Source: Phoronis australis
Lineage: Eukaryota > Animalia > Phoronida
Direction of reading: 5' to 3'
Assembly (NCBI GenBank): GCA_002633005.1
Contig: NMRA01000207.1
Span: 179,408 to 243,407, forward strand
Length of the DNA: 64,000 nt
The notes under the pieces were generated by a model. That model ran no database searches. It saw only the letters and a list, made by a program, of their open reading frames with translations, and was not told the origin of the DNA. Made by a program: the position numbers and the translations under genes. The number at the start of each line of letters is the position of its first letter. The first letter of the stretch is position 1. Positions 35,300-47,602 of the stretch are shown here, one piece after another.

Positions 35300-35950
35300 C
35301 AGTTAGACTTATACTGTCAAATTATGAATTCCAAGAAGTTTGGATAAATCAAGGCATTTTGTGTGAAAACACTTTACTGATAATTTTTAGATAGCTAATA
35401 AAGGATAGTTATTTGCAAGGATGGAGACAGAGAGTTGACAATAATGCTAAACTGTGTTTGTATAATCAATTAAAAAAGGAATTCAAATTTGGGAAAAAGT
35501 TCAAGTTTGAATATACCCCATGCAAACTGACCTAAAAAAAACTCTATGACTGGTCTTACAAATGTAAAATGAAATTTAAACCTGAAAAAAGTGTCCATGG
35601 CACGTTTTTCTTATTCTAGCCACAGTCGCATGAAGTAGGCAGGCACTTGAATTTGGATAGGGCAAACAGAGTGTGTCCCTTCTGCCCCAATGTTGTTGAA
35701 GACGAGTACCATTTCCTTCTAAGTTGTGATAAATATTCTGAATTGAGAGAAAATTCTATTGAAGTGTATTACTGCGGGAATTTTCTGTCGGTTATCAAGT
35801 TCCATACTGAGGCTTGTCAACACGTGATGATGCTAAGCTATGCATTTTTGCTTTTCGATTCCGTGATAGCTTGCTGCACTCTTAGTACGTTACATGTTAT
35901 TCTTTTGTACAGTGGGCCAATGGCCTTTTTTACAGAAATAAATTGATTGA
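35300..35950 (+). mobile_element. 3' fragment of RTEX-like LINE
   Basis: RVCPFCPNVVEDEYHFLLSCDKYSELR zinc-knuckle C-terminus, ending in AATAAA-TTGATTGA. Confidence 0.7.
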
Positions 35951-36199
35951 TAATCAGAAAACCATGAGTTATACTTAGGCCATAGGTGTCTGATAATAGC
36001 GTAAATCCAACTTTTGTAGCGATTACAGGGGAACAACAGAGCAGAGAATACAAAATCTCTCTTTTCCAAACCAATGAAAAAATGGGGTTGTTTGACTCTT
36101 TTTAAAGAACTTGTTTCCATGATGATTAGTGTAATAAATATGGTATTCGCATGTCACGGTTTCCAATCGTCATGAATCTTTCATAATATAACCCACCCC

Positions 36200-37720
36200 T
36201 GTGTATAAGGAAAAGGAATTTAGTTTTGTGTAAAGAAAATTAAAGGCCGTATTTGTCCATGGTCCTTGGAAGTACTATAGCAGATCAATTTATTACTATT
36301 TTGAAACAGTACTCTCTCCTAGATTGTGTGCCTTTTGTAAAGGCTTCAACTGTCAGCCTATACTGCATCGGATGTGAGGACTGGAGGTCCGCTCAAGACA
36401 GCGGGAAAACGGTTAGTGTCATCATGATGGATCTGTCGAAGGTATTTGATTGCGTGCCCTATGACTTTCTGTTGCTCAGGTCTACAAGATTTTGGAGTAC
36501 GGACTGCCTGAATCCGCCCTGCTCTACCTACTTGTATCAGGGATTACCTTGGTGACAGATATCAGAGAGTTAGAGTTGGCATTGCCTGCAATCGGTGGGA
36601 ATGACTTACTGAGGGATTTCCCCCAGGGTTAAATTCTAGGTCCGCTAGTTTTTAAATTTTATTAAAGCCTATCTTGAACGATAACACGTAAATTTGGTAC
36701 CAACTGTAAGACCATCGCTCTGAGTCCACCAGTGCCATAATTTGCCAAATGTAATGAACTTTTGGGCTTCTTGGCTCGCTTTTGTCTACGTAACTGCAAG
36801 GATCAATTAGAGGCACTGCAAATACATCTTAAGGCGTTTCCAGAGTGCATTGTAAGTGTGGTCTACCCCGCTCCTAACAGCTGCGAATAACACCCGCAGG
36901 CAATAGTGTTCTGATTAGACCCCTATTCAGTACAACTGCAATCGGCCTTCTGTAGTTCGTGCTGGGATTTCGTGGTTACGCAATATGTCACAAAGAGGCA
37001 ACTTCACCTATCATTTTACTGATCATCTGAGCGATTAAGCTCGCGAGGACTACCTGATTAGCCCCGTACATCTAAATTAACAAAATTCCATTGAAGTTAT
37101 GCTTTACGGACATTTCCATGTCTGTTCACACATATGAGTTTTTGTAATTATGCGGATGATAACACACGCTCCACAGGTGGAGGTAATTTGGACACTGGGA
37201 ATGTCTATCGTTGGCCAAGTGCGACATTACTATTTATTACTGTAATAATTCGCGATTTATCCAGTAATAATTCTGTAGCCAATCAGAAGCCAAGAATAAC
37301 TACAGTAATAAATATTTGTTACATTAATCATTCCTGGATTCTGATTGCCTAAAGAATTATTGCTGCGATAAATATGACTTATGTTGACTTGGCCTGCGAT
37401 AAACGTGTTGCGTCCGGGCCACTGAGTGTTGTGACCACAAGGTAACACAAAGAAGTTTAACCCCATCGTCATTAACCCTTCCAGGAAGCTTGCTGGGAAT
37501 ATTTCTCATACATTCAAAGTGAACGGAGTCACTGTCATATTTGGACCCAGTGCTAAATTATTGGGTATTACTATTAAAAACAGGTTAGATTTAAGCCAAC
37601 ACACCAAAAGACATACATGGGTGTGGCAGGCGCTCGATAAGTCAATGTCCTGGACAACTTTTCTGATCTACTCTGACATCAGAAGTCGCATACCTGTTTT
37701 AACTCGTTTATTTGTAGTTT
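36200..37720 (+). mobile_element. Decayed CR1/L2-type LINE RT fragments with internal insertions
   Basis: GKTVSVIMMDLSKVFDCVPYDFLL, GFPQG*ILGPLVF, NYADDNT and AKLLGITIKNRLDLSQH occur in the expected RT order. Confidence 0.75.
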
Positions 37721-39484
37721 CGATTACAGACCTATTGCGGCTTCTGCTCAGAAAGGCACTCAGAAACTACAATGAAGGGCATTGTGATTTGTAATGAGGA
37801 CTTCACTAGTTACTTCTAGGAGCAAGTGAACAGACTAAAAAAATGGCTTTCAAGACTTACAACAGCGCAGTCTGAGATAACACTCGTAATTCAAGGGCAA
37901 GGATGCCCTACCCAGACATCACTAAGTTTTACATGCTTCGTCAATCACAGCTGTCGTTTGGAATAGTCCTATCAAGAAAATACGGTCTTGCACACACATG
38001 GCAGAGTTTGAACGTGTCCTCTCAACTTGGGACGGTCCGGCTCAAAGATGTGCCGCTTGAAGAATGTAGGACTGGTTTCATACTTACACAGGCTCAGACC
38101 GTTATTTCAAGTTATTTCCTATGATAATAGTGGACGGATGCTGTTGTTGCCAAAAACAACACAAAGTAACTTTTAACCAAAACGGTTTTGGTTAACAGTT
38201 ACTTTGTCACGAATGATTTTCATTATAATCCTTTTATCCTGCACATAAATATCGTTCATTTGGTTTCCTCAGCAATATACATGTAGCATCCGGACTGAGA
38301 TTCTAACTTAAATATGAACTTATGGATTTGTTTGACAAAACCATTTGAATAACCATTATTGACCAGCAATTGTTCAATGCAAAATAGTTTAATGTTGGAC
38401 AATATTCCCTGTAGCTGGACACAGAATATGCTCTCATAAAGAAAATTATTGATGACTTCTAATTTGTATCGTTCGGGACAGTCATTTAAACAAGAACAAG
38501 TGTGACAACAGTCGACTTACCATAGACAGATGTAAGAGTGAAGGTCTTGCTGTTCCACTAACACACCCAAAATAGAATTCTAGCAGCTAATTCATTTGAT
38601 GTAAGACTCAGAACGGAATTATCATAGCAGGGATTTTTTAAAGTACACCATGTTATGAGAAGTGGATACAATAAAAACATCGTCTGCATACCTACAATAT
38701 ACAGGGATGTTATAAACATTGGGCAAAATTCTAATGTTCATGATCAGGCATGTAACGGTATTCAGCGAGTGTGGGCCCTAAGGGTAACCCCATACTGACT
38801 AATTTTTATACTTTGCAGATAAAAAAATGTTCACATACTTAATGAATGGTGAATTTACCAGGGCATATTCTAAGTAATTCACGCAAAGCATCTCGTTTGA
38901 TATCAAGTGGTTTCATAAACGCGTGATGGTAGACATTTCTTCGCATAAGATGTGAATAGTATTCTTCACAGGTAAACCAACGGTGACTAATATGAAAATG
39001 TATAACAACATGACAATTATTTACAGATCGCCAGGTAATCACCACGAGATGTCTACTGGGAAGATGTGGTTTTATCTTAGAGTTATCGTTTAGTAAAAAC
39101 ATACGACGCAGTGATACACCGTCTTTGTGTAATTTAGGGATTCCATATAGGTGTAAAGTTGTAATAGTACAGTCCTTATGAATGTCTAGCTCGCTGCAAC
39201 TGTGCTACTGGTGACCTCGTGATAAAAGCAAGTATGAAATTAACCTAGTTTATTTACGTATTCGTTTTGTCCATGGCACATATGGAAAAAATTATCTCGA
39301 CCATTGAACTGAGAGCCGCTCTACAACGATTTTATCCTCACTTAAAATGGTAACTGCATCTTTCAGACGTTTGGAAAGGGTGGCACTAGATATTGAACGG
39401 CATTTCGTGCTCTCGCCCCGAGTTGATAACATGCATTGGGGTTTTCAGTAATAAAGTGTACACTAATTTTTATGTCCTTGTTGC

Positions 39485-39603
39485 GGTGGCCCAAAGATGA
39501 CATTGCGCGTTTCATTTTTAATTGTATCGAGATCTCGAGATGTCAACTTAATCCAGGCTGAGATAATTAAAAAAGAAACGCAAGATGTCATTTTCGGGCC
39601 ACC
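39485..39603. repeat. Fold-back palindrome (small MITE-like)
   Basis: GGTGGCCCAAAGATGACATTGCGCGTTTCATTTTTAATT pairs with AATTAAAAAAGAAACGCAAGATGTCATTTTCGGGCCACC. Confidence 0.65.
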
Positions 39604-40559
39604 AGTGAACTAGCATCGCAAGCGCTTACGAACAAGGATTACTGTGAAAGAACAAGGTTGGACTGTACCCGAAGTAAGAAATATATTATGTCGGACGGAC
39701 ATCAATAGTGGTCCTGGAGGGAAATATGTGTCCGTGAGAGGGGAATAACGTGCGCGAGAGAATTTTGTGCGAAGGCAGACCCTAGCCACACGCGAGTCGG
39801 AAAGTGTGGGTGCCTTCGAGAGCTAAAAATCAATCAATGCTCTAAGCCTATTGGCACGACACTGCTGCTGTCCAAAGAAATGCCCTTCTTCTTGATAGAC
39901 AAAGAACTCGTGTTCCTAAGCTCAAATTAATTCGATTTACTGAAGCCGAGAAAAAGCCAATTAAGTTGTGAGACATGGAAATCTCTTTTCATAACTTACT
40001 GTGTTCTTAAACACAAAGTCACAAAGGCGTGCGGCGATTCGAAGCGTTCGTTCTCAATGGTCGTATCTGCATGCAGACCACAACTCCCTCAGGATCAAAA
40101 CTACGTTTTGTGTTCATTTTCGCCGGCATCTTTCTATCATGTGTGTACACCTCCTTGACAAAATATTCGGTGAGTGAAAGGACTGAGGGTACATAAGGAA
40201 CTGTTCTATGCCAGGCGAGAGATTCGATTTGCGTGACAGTCCTGTAAACTGCGGTTCCAAGGTGGTTTTGATAAATCTATTTTCCCGCTACACGGTATAC
40301 ATTTCGTATTTGAAGTTCCCCGAGAATGAAGATACGGTATTCTGCTAGACATATGTGAAATATTGTAAAACGGCCATTTTTTAGAATAAATGTGTGTGTA
40401 TATGTATATGTATATGTGCATATGTATATGTATATATTTATCTTTATACAGAATTTGTTAAACGCACGACACTTCATTATTCACAGTCTTTATTCCGTTA
40501 CGTTCGTACTTTCGGAACAAAACTCTACTCTCAACTGAACATAGATACAGTAACTGACC

Positions 40560-41070
40560 TAGCGACATAATTAAAATACACACGATATTTCGAAACATAC
40601 TTGTTTCATTCTCAAGTGAAGATAAAATGACGCAGTAATGCCACCACAGAGTATAAGCTGATGACACAAACAGTGAGACACGGCGGGTGTGAAATACTGC
40701 AAAGAATGACTAATGAAGGGGGGTAACAGGAAAGTCACGCAAACAAGTGTAACGTGCGGCTCCACCCTGTTTGTTGCTCATTCAAAACAGGCTTCTCAAA
40801 AGCAAATAAAAGGGAGTCTAATACTTTCAAACGCAGCACATCTTGCTCCATGAAGCGAAATGACGTGTTTTCCACAATTTCTTGACGATTGATTTTACGT
40901 TCGTGACATTGCAGAAAATAATCTTGGGTGGCGCCATTATGAAGATGCATGGATAACCAACGGGAAAGACTGCAAACCGTTTGACCAATGTAACATTGTT
41001 TGACGTTTGAACGAAGACATTCGTTCATAGAGCATACAAACTCATAAACAACACTACACTGTGCAGGATT
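40560..41070 (-). mobile_element. Penelope-like 3' remnant (GIY-YIG endonuclease plus pLTR hammerhead)
   Basis: VYEFVCSMNEC...CYIGQTVCSLSRWLSMH...EKPVLNEQ, followed by cac-TTGAGAA-T-GAAAC-AAGTAT-GTTTC-GAAATATC-gtg at 40618-40581. Confidence 0.8.
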
Positions 41071-41993
41071 TGGAGTGATGCCTTAACTGACTAATCAGAT
41101 CGCAGCATTCGTGACACACCTTCGTTTCCAAGCCGCCATTTTACGCAACAAACTGCACGTTGCCGGATAAAACTTGTTGTTTGTTTGTCGACATTACGCA
41201 AGGGAGCGGAGCTTGCGATGGGCCAATTCCCATAAACAAGCCTCAAGTGGCTAAACCGATCAGCGCCATCTTCAGGCTTGGTGACGAGGCTGGCTCCTTA
41301 CTGTGTTTGCGGATTTTTTACATTGGCGCTCTCTAGGATAATGAGAGAGCGAAAGCGACTTTCGCTTGATCCAGACTCAGCCTCAGTCGACAGAAATGTT
41401 TTTACTACATTGTGGTTCATTAAGTTAATAACAAATGAATAAATCCCACTGTCAGTCCCGAGTGTTTTATTACGTTAAGTTCACTAATTCATGATAGCTT
41501 TCTAACATCGGCTGGGATCGAAATCCTCCCGCTTTATCAGTTGCAACCTGACTGACTTTGCAGTCGCGTATTTTTTGCAGTAGGAAATGTATGGAACATG
41601 GTATCCTTCATCCACTGACATTTCAAGAGGTCTGCCTTTCTTTGTAGACTCTACCGCACAGTAGTGGAAATTTGCCGACACAACGTGGTTATGGCAGCAA
41701 GGTAAGCTGGTGAAATCGGGACCTCGTGCTGTTGCATTTCACAAAAAGTTGGCCCTTTTTACATACGTATACCCCTGGTTTAACAACCACCTGCGACTGC
41801 AGTGATGTGCGCAAATGTAGGCGCGCGTTATAGACTCAATAAGGAAGACAGACAACTTTTCTTGTAGAGGTTTGAAGTATAAAACTTATCTACAACATGA
41901 TCATCTGAAAGTAAATTAAAAATACAAGTATATAGTAGTTTGCCCAACCTTCTGGATGCTCTGTGGTGAAAGGTTTCATTTCCAGACAGCATC

Positions 41994-43046
41994 CGTAGGC
42001 GGATTTAAGGGGGGACAGGGAGCCCGCCCCCCCCCCCTCCCTTGGCTGCCGCCAAACTGAATAAAACAGGAAGACAGTAAGAGCGTGAGGAAATATTGGC
42101 CCTGGTAACCACGAAGCGGCCGAAACAAGGTGTAGGAACAAAAACCGGACGATCGCCACACAAATAAAAAAAGTTCATGTTCAATTCAACGTTTCGTCTT
42201 TTCATTAGACATCATCAGGATCATATTTACAACAATTTAGGACAACAAGTGCCAACATACAGCTCAGGTAACATCCATAGAGTGAAGTGAGAGATACATA
42301 GAATATGGTCACTAGCTGGTCATCACCATAGCTGCAGGGTCACAGAGCTCTGCATGTTATTCAGAGAATCAGTGGCATGCTGGTTCTGAATGGCCAATGA
42401 CTCTTTAATGTACAGTAACTCCTTATTAGGTTCTCTGCAGATAATACTAACAGAGTTGGCTTGGTGATTTTAGCTAATACAATGCCTATATATGTTACTT
42501 TTCTCTGAGGTGTGATGTTCTTTCAACCTGTCACAGAGGCGTCGCTGTGTGAGTCCTATATAGAATTCCTTACGGTTGTCACATTCAACCTTATACACAA
42601 CATTGCTCTTGTTCAATAAAGGGATGGGGGACTTCAGTTTACACAGCATATTGGAAAGTTTCCGAAGGGGTTTGAAAACAACTATCAGTTCAACTGCTTG
42701 GTCTATGCAATGAATAAGGCGAGATAATTGACGTTTCAATTTTATACTACTTAGCCCGGTGTAACCAAGAGAAAAGAAAACTTTCTTTTTCTCGGGTCCA
42801 ATTGAACATGAACTTTTTTATTTGTGCTTCGATCGTCCGGTTTTTGATCTTATTGTGGCCAAAAACTGATTTAATTAAGGTGTGGGAAGCGTCTCCCAGT
42901 TTTTTTGTTCTAGTCGCGCGGTTGCATTTCAGCAAGGAAGTCCACAGTCTCAGAAGTCCAAGCCTCCTTCATGCAGTCGTGCTTTACGCGATTGCCTGAG
43001 ACAAAGTGTTGCCCCCCTCCCTTATGGTATCCTAGATCCGCCACTG
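41994..43046. mobile_element. MITE family B-related element interrupted by a Penelope fragment
   Basis: Ends CGTAGGCGGATTTA... and ...TAGATCCGCCACTG, flanked by the 5-bp direct repeat GCATC. Confidence 0.7.
42140..42845 (-). mobile_element. Penelope-like 3' remnant (GIY-YIG, hammerhead, inverted terminus)
   Basis: NVVYKVECDNRKEFYIGLTQRRLCDRLKEH. Hammerhead CTGATGA-T-GTCT-AATGAAA-AGAC-GAAACGTT at 42218-42188. A ~46-bp inverted repeat at 42140-42186 / 42800-42845 brackets it. Confidence 0.8.
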
Positions 43047-43199
43047 GCATCAACCATGAAATGTTTGCTAAACAATGATGTAGTTCTACGCAGGAACATC
43101 ACTCAAATTACCAGATACAACATGTCTAAATCTAAAATTGTGACTATTACGGATAAGCGATACCAACTGAGATCGGTAAAATGGACTTCATAACAAACA

Positions 43200-44020
43200 A
43201 AGACGTCGACAACCATAAAGCTTGTGCAGTGGTAGCCATTTGAGATCTACAAACATTTGATTAGAAGGTGTCACAATCAGTATCTAAAATAACTCTGGCA
43301 ATCTGCTCTGCAGTCTTTTACTTTTTGGCGTAAGAGCACAAGTAATGCCTTGCAGCATTTTAAGCTTACTCACAATAGGTATATAATATTTGATTCGACC
43401 CAAAAGACCCAGTTTTGTCAAAAGTCAGAGAGAGTGTAAGGTTCTTTTATAGACCAAGTTAAATTATTTTCAAATTTGACAACTACAAATATTTCATGGT
43501 CAACCACTTCTTGCTTGTCATCAGACATATACAAAGTAAGTTGAACAGCATTTTTGGACCTTTTCTGATTGGAGGTTATGCACATACATTTAATCTTTTA
43601 GTAAGAGTAATTTTGTTTTCAGAGAACCTATTTGTAACTGAGTCCAAGTCAGCCTGAAGGGCGTTTTCAATGTTTTGTATCTTTTATTTCCTTCATACAA
43701 GTTCGAATCTATTTTTTACTTAAGATATAATGGTAGATCATTCATATTAGTTAAAAATATGAGAGGGCCCAGAACGGACTCTTGGGGAACACCATGGGTA
43801 TATGAGTGAGTGGAGCCGACTGTACCCCCGAGTGATACCAACTGTGACCTCTCCGTAAGATAACATTCAAATCATCCTACAATCTCGGTTAAGACATTGC
43901 AAACAAAATTCGTAACAGGATCTCGTGATCTACAACATCAAATGCCTTTATAAAACCCAATAACACAATAGTTGTCAACAGATTTCACATTCTGTATAAT
44001 TTTGTCTTTTGATAAATGAA
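43200..44020 (-). mobile_element. Decayed CR1/L2-type LINE RT fragment
   Basis: Minus-strand IKAFDVVDHEILL and HGVPQESVLGPLIFLTNMNDLP. Confidence 0.75.
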
Positions 44021-44726
44021 GAAAGATATCGTCTTCATTGTATAGGTGTATATTTCAGTTGCTTCACCTTTGTACATACTCCCGACGTGGTTCAGCTTTA
44101 TCGGTGACTAGCATTTGTGCTAATGTTGTTTTATTGTTCCGAGTTCCTTTCTACCGATATACATCAAATATTTTACGTGTGTACAGCAGACTAATTTATA
44201 CTCTCAAGTATCGGCCAGGGTGTATTTGGTCTGCTGCGTGGTGCTACCACGCGGTGAATACCCCTGACGAAGACGTGCCTCCGGTACCCAGTGTCCCGGT
44301 CGTTGAGGTTTTGCGTTAGCCCGGATTTATACTCGGGAAAGAGAACTCTCAGCTGCACCGACCACTTCCTTGTGCGACAGCGTCAACGCTATTGGCCGTT
44401 ATAGTGGGCTTACCTGAGACTTGAGGTCGTCACCTATTGTCATTGAGTATTAACAATTTACATTCGAGCTCAAACAACTCGCCGGGGGTCACATTTCGAT
44501 AAAACAGACCTATTCAACGAAACGTGTTTACATTGCGATTTTATAAACCCTTCACGTTGCAACGTGAAAGGCTTTCATTGGTCGATAACACTGTGCTCAG
44601 CGAAGCCGCACGTTATTCACATTTCATCATCACGAGTCAGTCGCAAATTTCCCATTTAACCTTTGGACGAGTGGAGTGACGGCATCTACCTGTCTGCGAC
44701 AACTTTATTGTTACCCTTCTAGCAAC

Positions 44727-44912
44727 ATGAAGAACTTAGTACTGTGCTGTGCTACCTTGTTTGTTTGCGTTTATTCTCAACATGTCCATATGGACGGGTT
44801 CGAACTGTTCGTGAAAGAACTCAACCGTTCCTCTGAACTTCTCGTCTCCGACCTTTTTAACATTTCACACCGCGTGTTTGATAATTTGGGATGTGAAGGG
44901 GCGTGTCCTAAG
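44727..44912 (+). CDS. SLC39A4/12-like: ZIP-like coding exon 1 (signal peptide)
   Basis: MKNLVLCCATLFVCVYSQHVH...LGCEGACPK|gtaagt. Confidence 0.75.
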
Positions 44913-47566
44913 GTAAGTTTCAATATAGCCAGTCTAATTTGTAGTGTGGACTCGTAGCCGGATTCCATACATGTGATTTCAAGCAATGCGTTTTTATGTG
45001 CAACGTCTTTCCGTAGATTTAGTTGTGCTATACCCGGTAGCTCGCATTTCCGTGGTAAATGCAGTGGTAATGGTAGAAAAGATGACATGTATGGGATGCC
45101 AATCTCCTTTGGCTCGCTGTTTGTAGCAACGAAGGAGCTATTAGTCATTGCAATGAATCAAATATTTCCACCTTGATACCAGCTCGGCGTTACTTGACAA
45201 TAAGTGGCCTACCTAGGTCAGTGCTGGCGTAAATCCAATCGGTCATACTTTACATTAACTGAGGCGTGTTGTCACTGACGTGCTGTACCGAGAAGTATTT
45301 AAAAGGAGGCAAACGCGAAATTGAAACGATTTTCGACTGGGGGAGGGCTTTCGTGCAATGGCCAAGGGATCGTAGCACCGCTGAGCCCCCGTAGTTACAC
45401 GCAATACATTCAAGTAGCTTTTCTATCCTTCTCCCTTGCAATATAGATGTCAGGCAGGATGAGAAATTACCTCTCATCTCTTATTTGTCATTTATCTGAA
45501 GGACATTGATAGCTTTCCCACTGAACCTTTACTCCCACTGCGCAATACGCTTTACCGAACGCAATCGGCTTAATTGCAGTGAGAACGGCCATTTACTGCC
45601 GGAGACAAATTTAATCCAAACAATTACAGAGGTGTCTCCGTTATAGATAGTATTAATAAAATTTTTACAACTATTCTTTATTCTCGTATAATTGAATGGT
45701 AGAATAACACGAAATGTATCCCTGAAGAACAAGCAGGCTTTAAGACTGGGTACTCTACAGTCGATAACATTTTTAACCTACAGTGTATCATCTAGAAACA
45801 TGTCACTAGACGGAAGGGGAAAGTATATTGTGCATTCTTTGGTTTAGTAAGGCATTTGATAGTGTAGATATTTCCCCGTTTATTTTATGGCCTTTTAACC
45901 AAAGGTTTGCATGGAAAAATGTTTAATATTTTGCGCAGTATGTACGACTCTATACAATCGTGTGTTGTGGTACAGTCCCAGACCACATCCTATTTCAACT
46001 GTACAGTTGGTGTCCGGTAAGGATGTGTTTTAAGTCCCTGGCTGTTCTCGGTGTTTGTTACCACACTAGTGTCTGTCTGATATTAGAGAAAATGTAGACA
46101 AGGGTATAATACGTGTCTCTCCGGGCTGTGATATAGGTTCGCTGATGATTTAGTGCTGGTGTCGAATACTGTTGCTGGGCTACAGATGAAGCTCAATGCC
46201 CTCGAAAAGTTTTGTCGAGATTGGAACTTGCAATTTAATTTGGAGAAAACGAGTGTTGTGGTATTTAAGCGAGGAGGCATATCTTCAATTAATGAAAGGT
46301 GGGTTTTGTGAGACAAGAAAGTAGATACCAAGTTGTACTACAAGTACCTAGGAGTCACATTCTCCAGAAGACTTAAATGGATAGAGCATTGTAGAGTACT
46401 TGCAAGACAAGCTCGAAAAGCAATGAGCGTTATTAAAGCCACTCTGTCAAAATTTAACTGTATTTCCCATGGAGTGCATTTTAAACTCTTTGACTCTATG
46501 ATAATGCCCATATTAACACGTGGTGCGGAAGTATGGGGAACATCAATGTGTGAATCTATTGAAAAAGTTCATAATGATTTCTGTAAATATGTTCTGAAAT
46601 TGAGTACTAAAATGCCAAATGCTATGGCTCATGGTGAATGTGGGAGACAATTGCTAATTACAAAATATATGTGTAAATCAATTATCTATTGGACGAAATT
46701 ACTTGATATGGAAGAACATAGGTACCCACTGAAGTGTTATGGTATGGTTAGGGAACAAGGTGAAAATGGTAATTGTAACTGGGCACACCGTGTCAAAGAA
46801 ATTTTGTAAAGGTACAGTGTGATTATTTGGCCCAGGCAATAGTGCTGAATTTATTATGGTATTCAAACAGAGATTACTGGATTGAGGCGAACAGGAATGG
46901 TAACTGGAAATAGGTAGCTCAAATGAATATGGATTTTATAGTCTTATTAAACGTGATCTTCTTAGCGAGCAATATGTGAATTGTTTAAGCTCTTATTCGA
47001 GAATACTTACGCAATGTCGATGTTCAGGTCACTCCCTTCGTATAGAGAAAGGGAGATATATGGGTATTCCTTACATGTAATATAGAGAAAGGGAGATATA
47101 TGGGTATTCCTTACATGTAATATAGAGAAAGGGAGACATATGGGTATTCCTTACATGTAATATAGAGAAAGGGAGACATATGGGTATTCCTTACATGTAA
47201 TATAGAGAAAGGGAGACATATGGGTATTCCTTACATGTAATATAGAGAAAGGGAGACATATGGATATTCCTAGAAGTGTGAGAATATGCGGCATATGCTG
47301 TTTGGGTGAAATTGAAGATGAGCCACATTTCATGTGTCGATGCCCTGTTCTTGGAGACCTTAGAAGAAATCTTCTACCAGAGCTGGTGAATGTTAACTAT
47401 TCTCTTGTTAGGTTATTCCAACAGAAAAATCATGACAGTATTCAGCGCCTTGCATTGTATATTCCGAAGGCTATTGCTTCAAGAGAAGAACTGCTCTCCG
47501 TGTAAATACTCTGAATATACGTTTGAATTTATGTATTTATAGCCAAAGCCTACGATGTACAATAAA

Positions 47567-47602
<36 letters not shown>

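Noticed and set aside
44261-44300. CCCCTGACGAAGAC as a hammerhead core
   Set aside because: No closing stem II or GAAA follows.
47041-47271. CRISPR array
   Set aside because: Head-to-tail 40-bp duplication of LINE coding sequence with no spacers.
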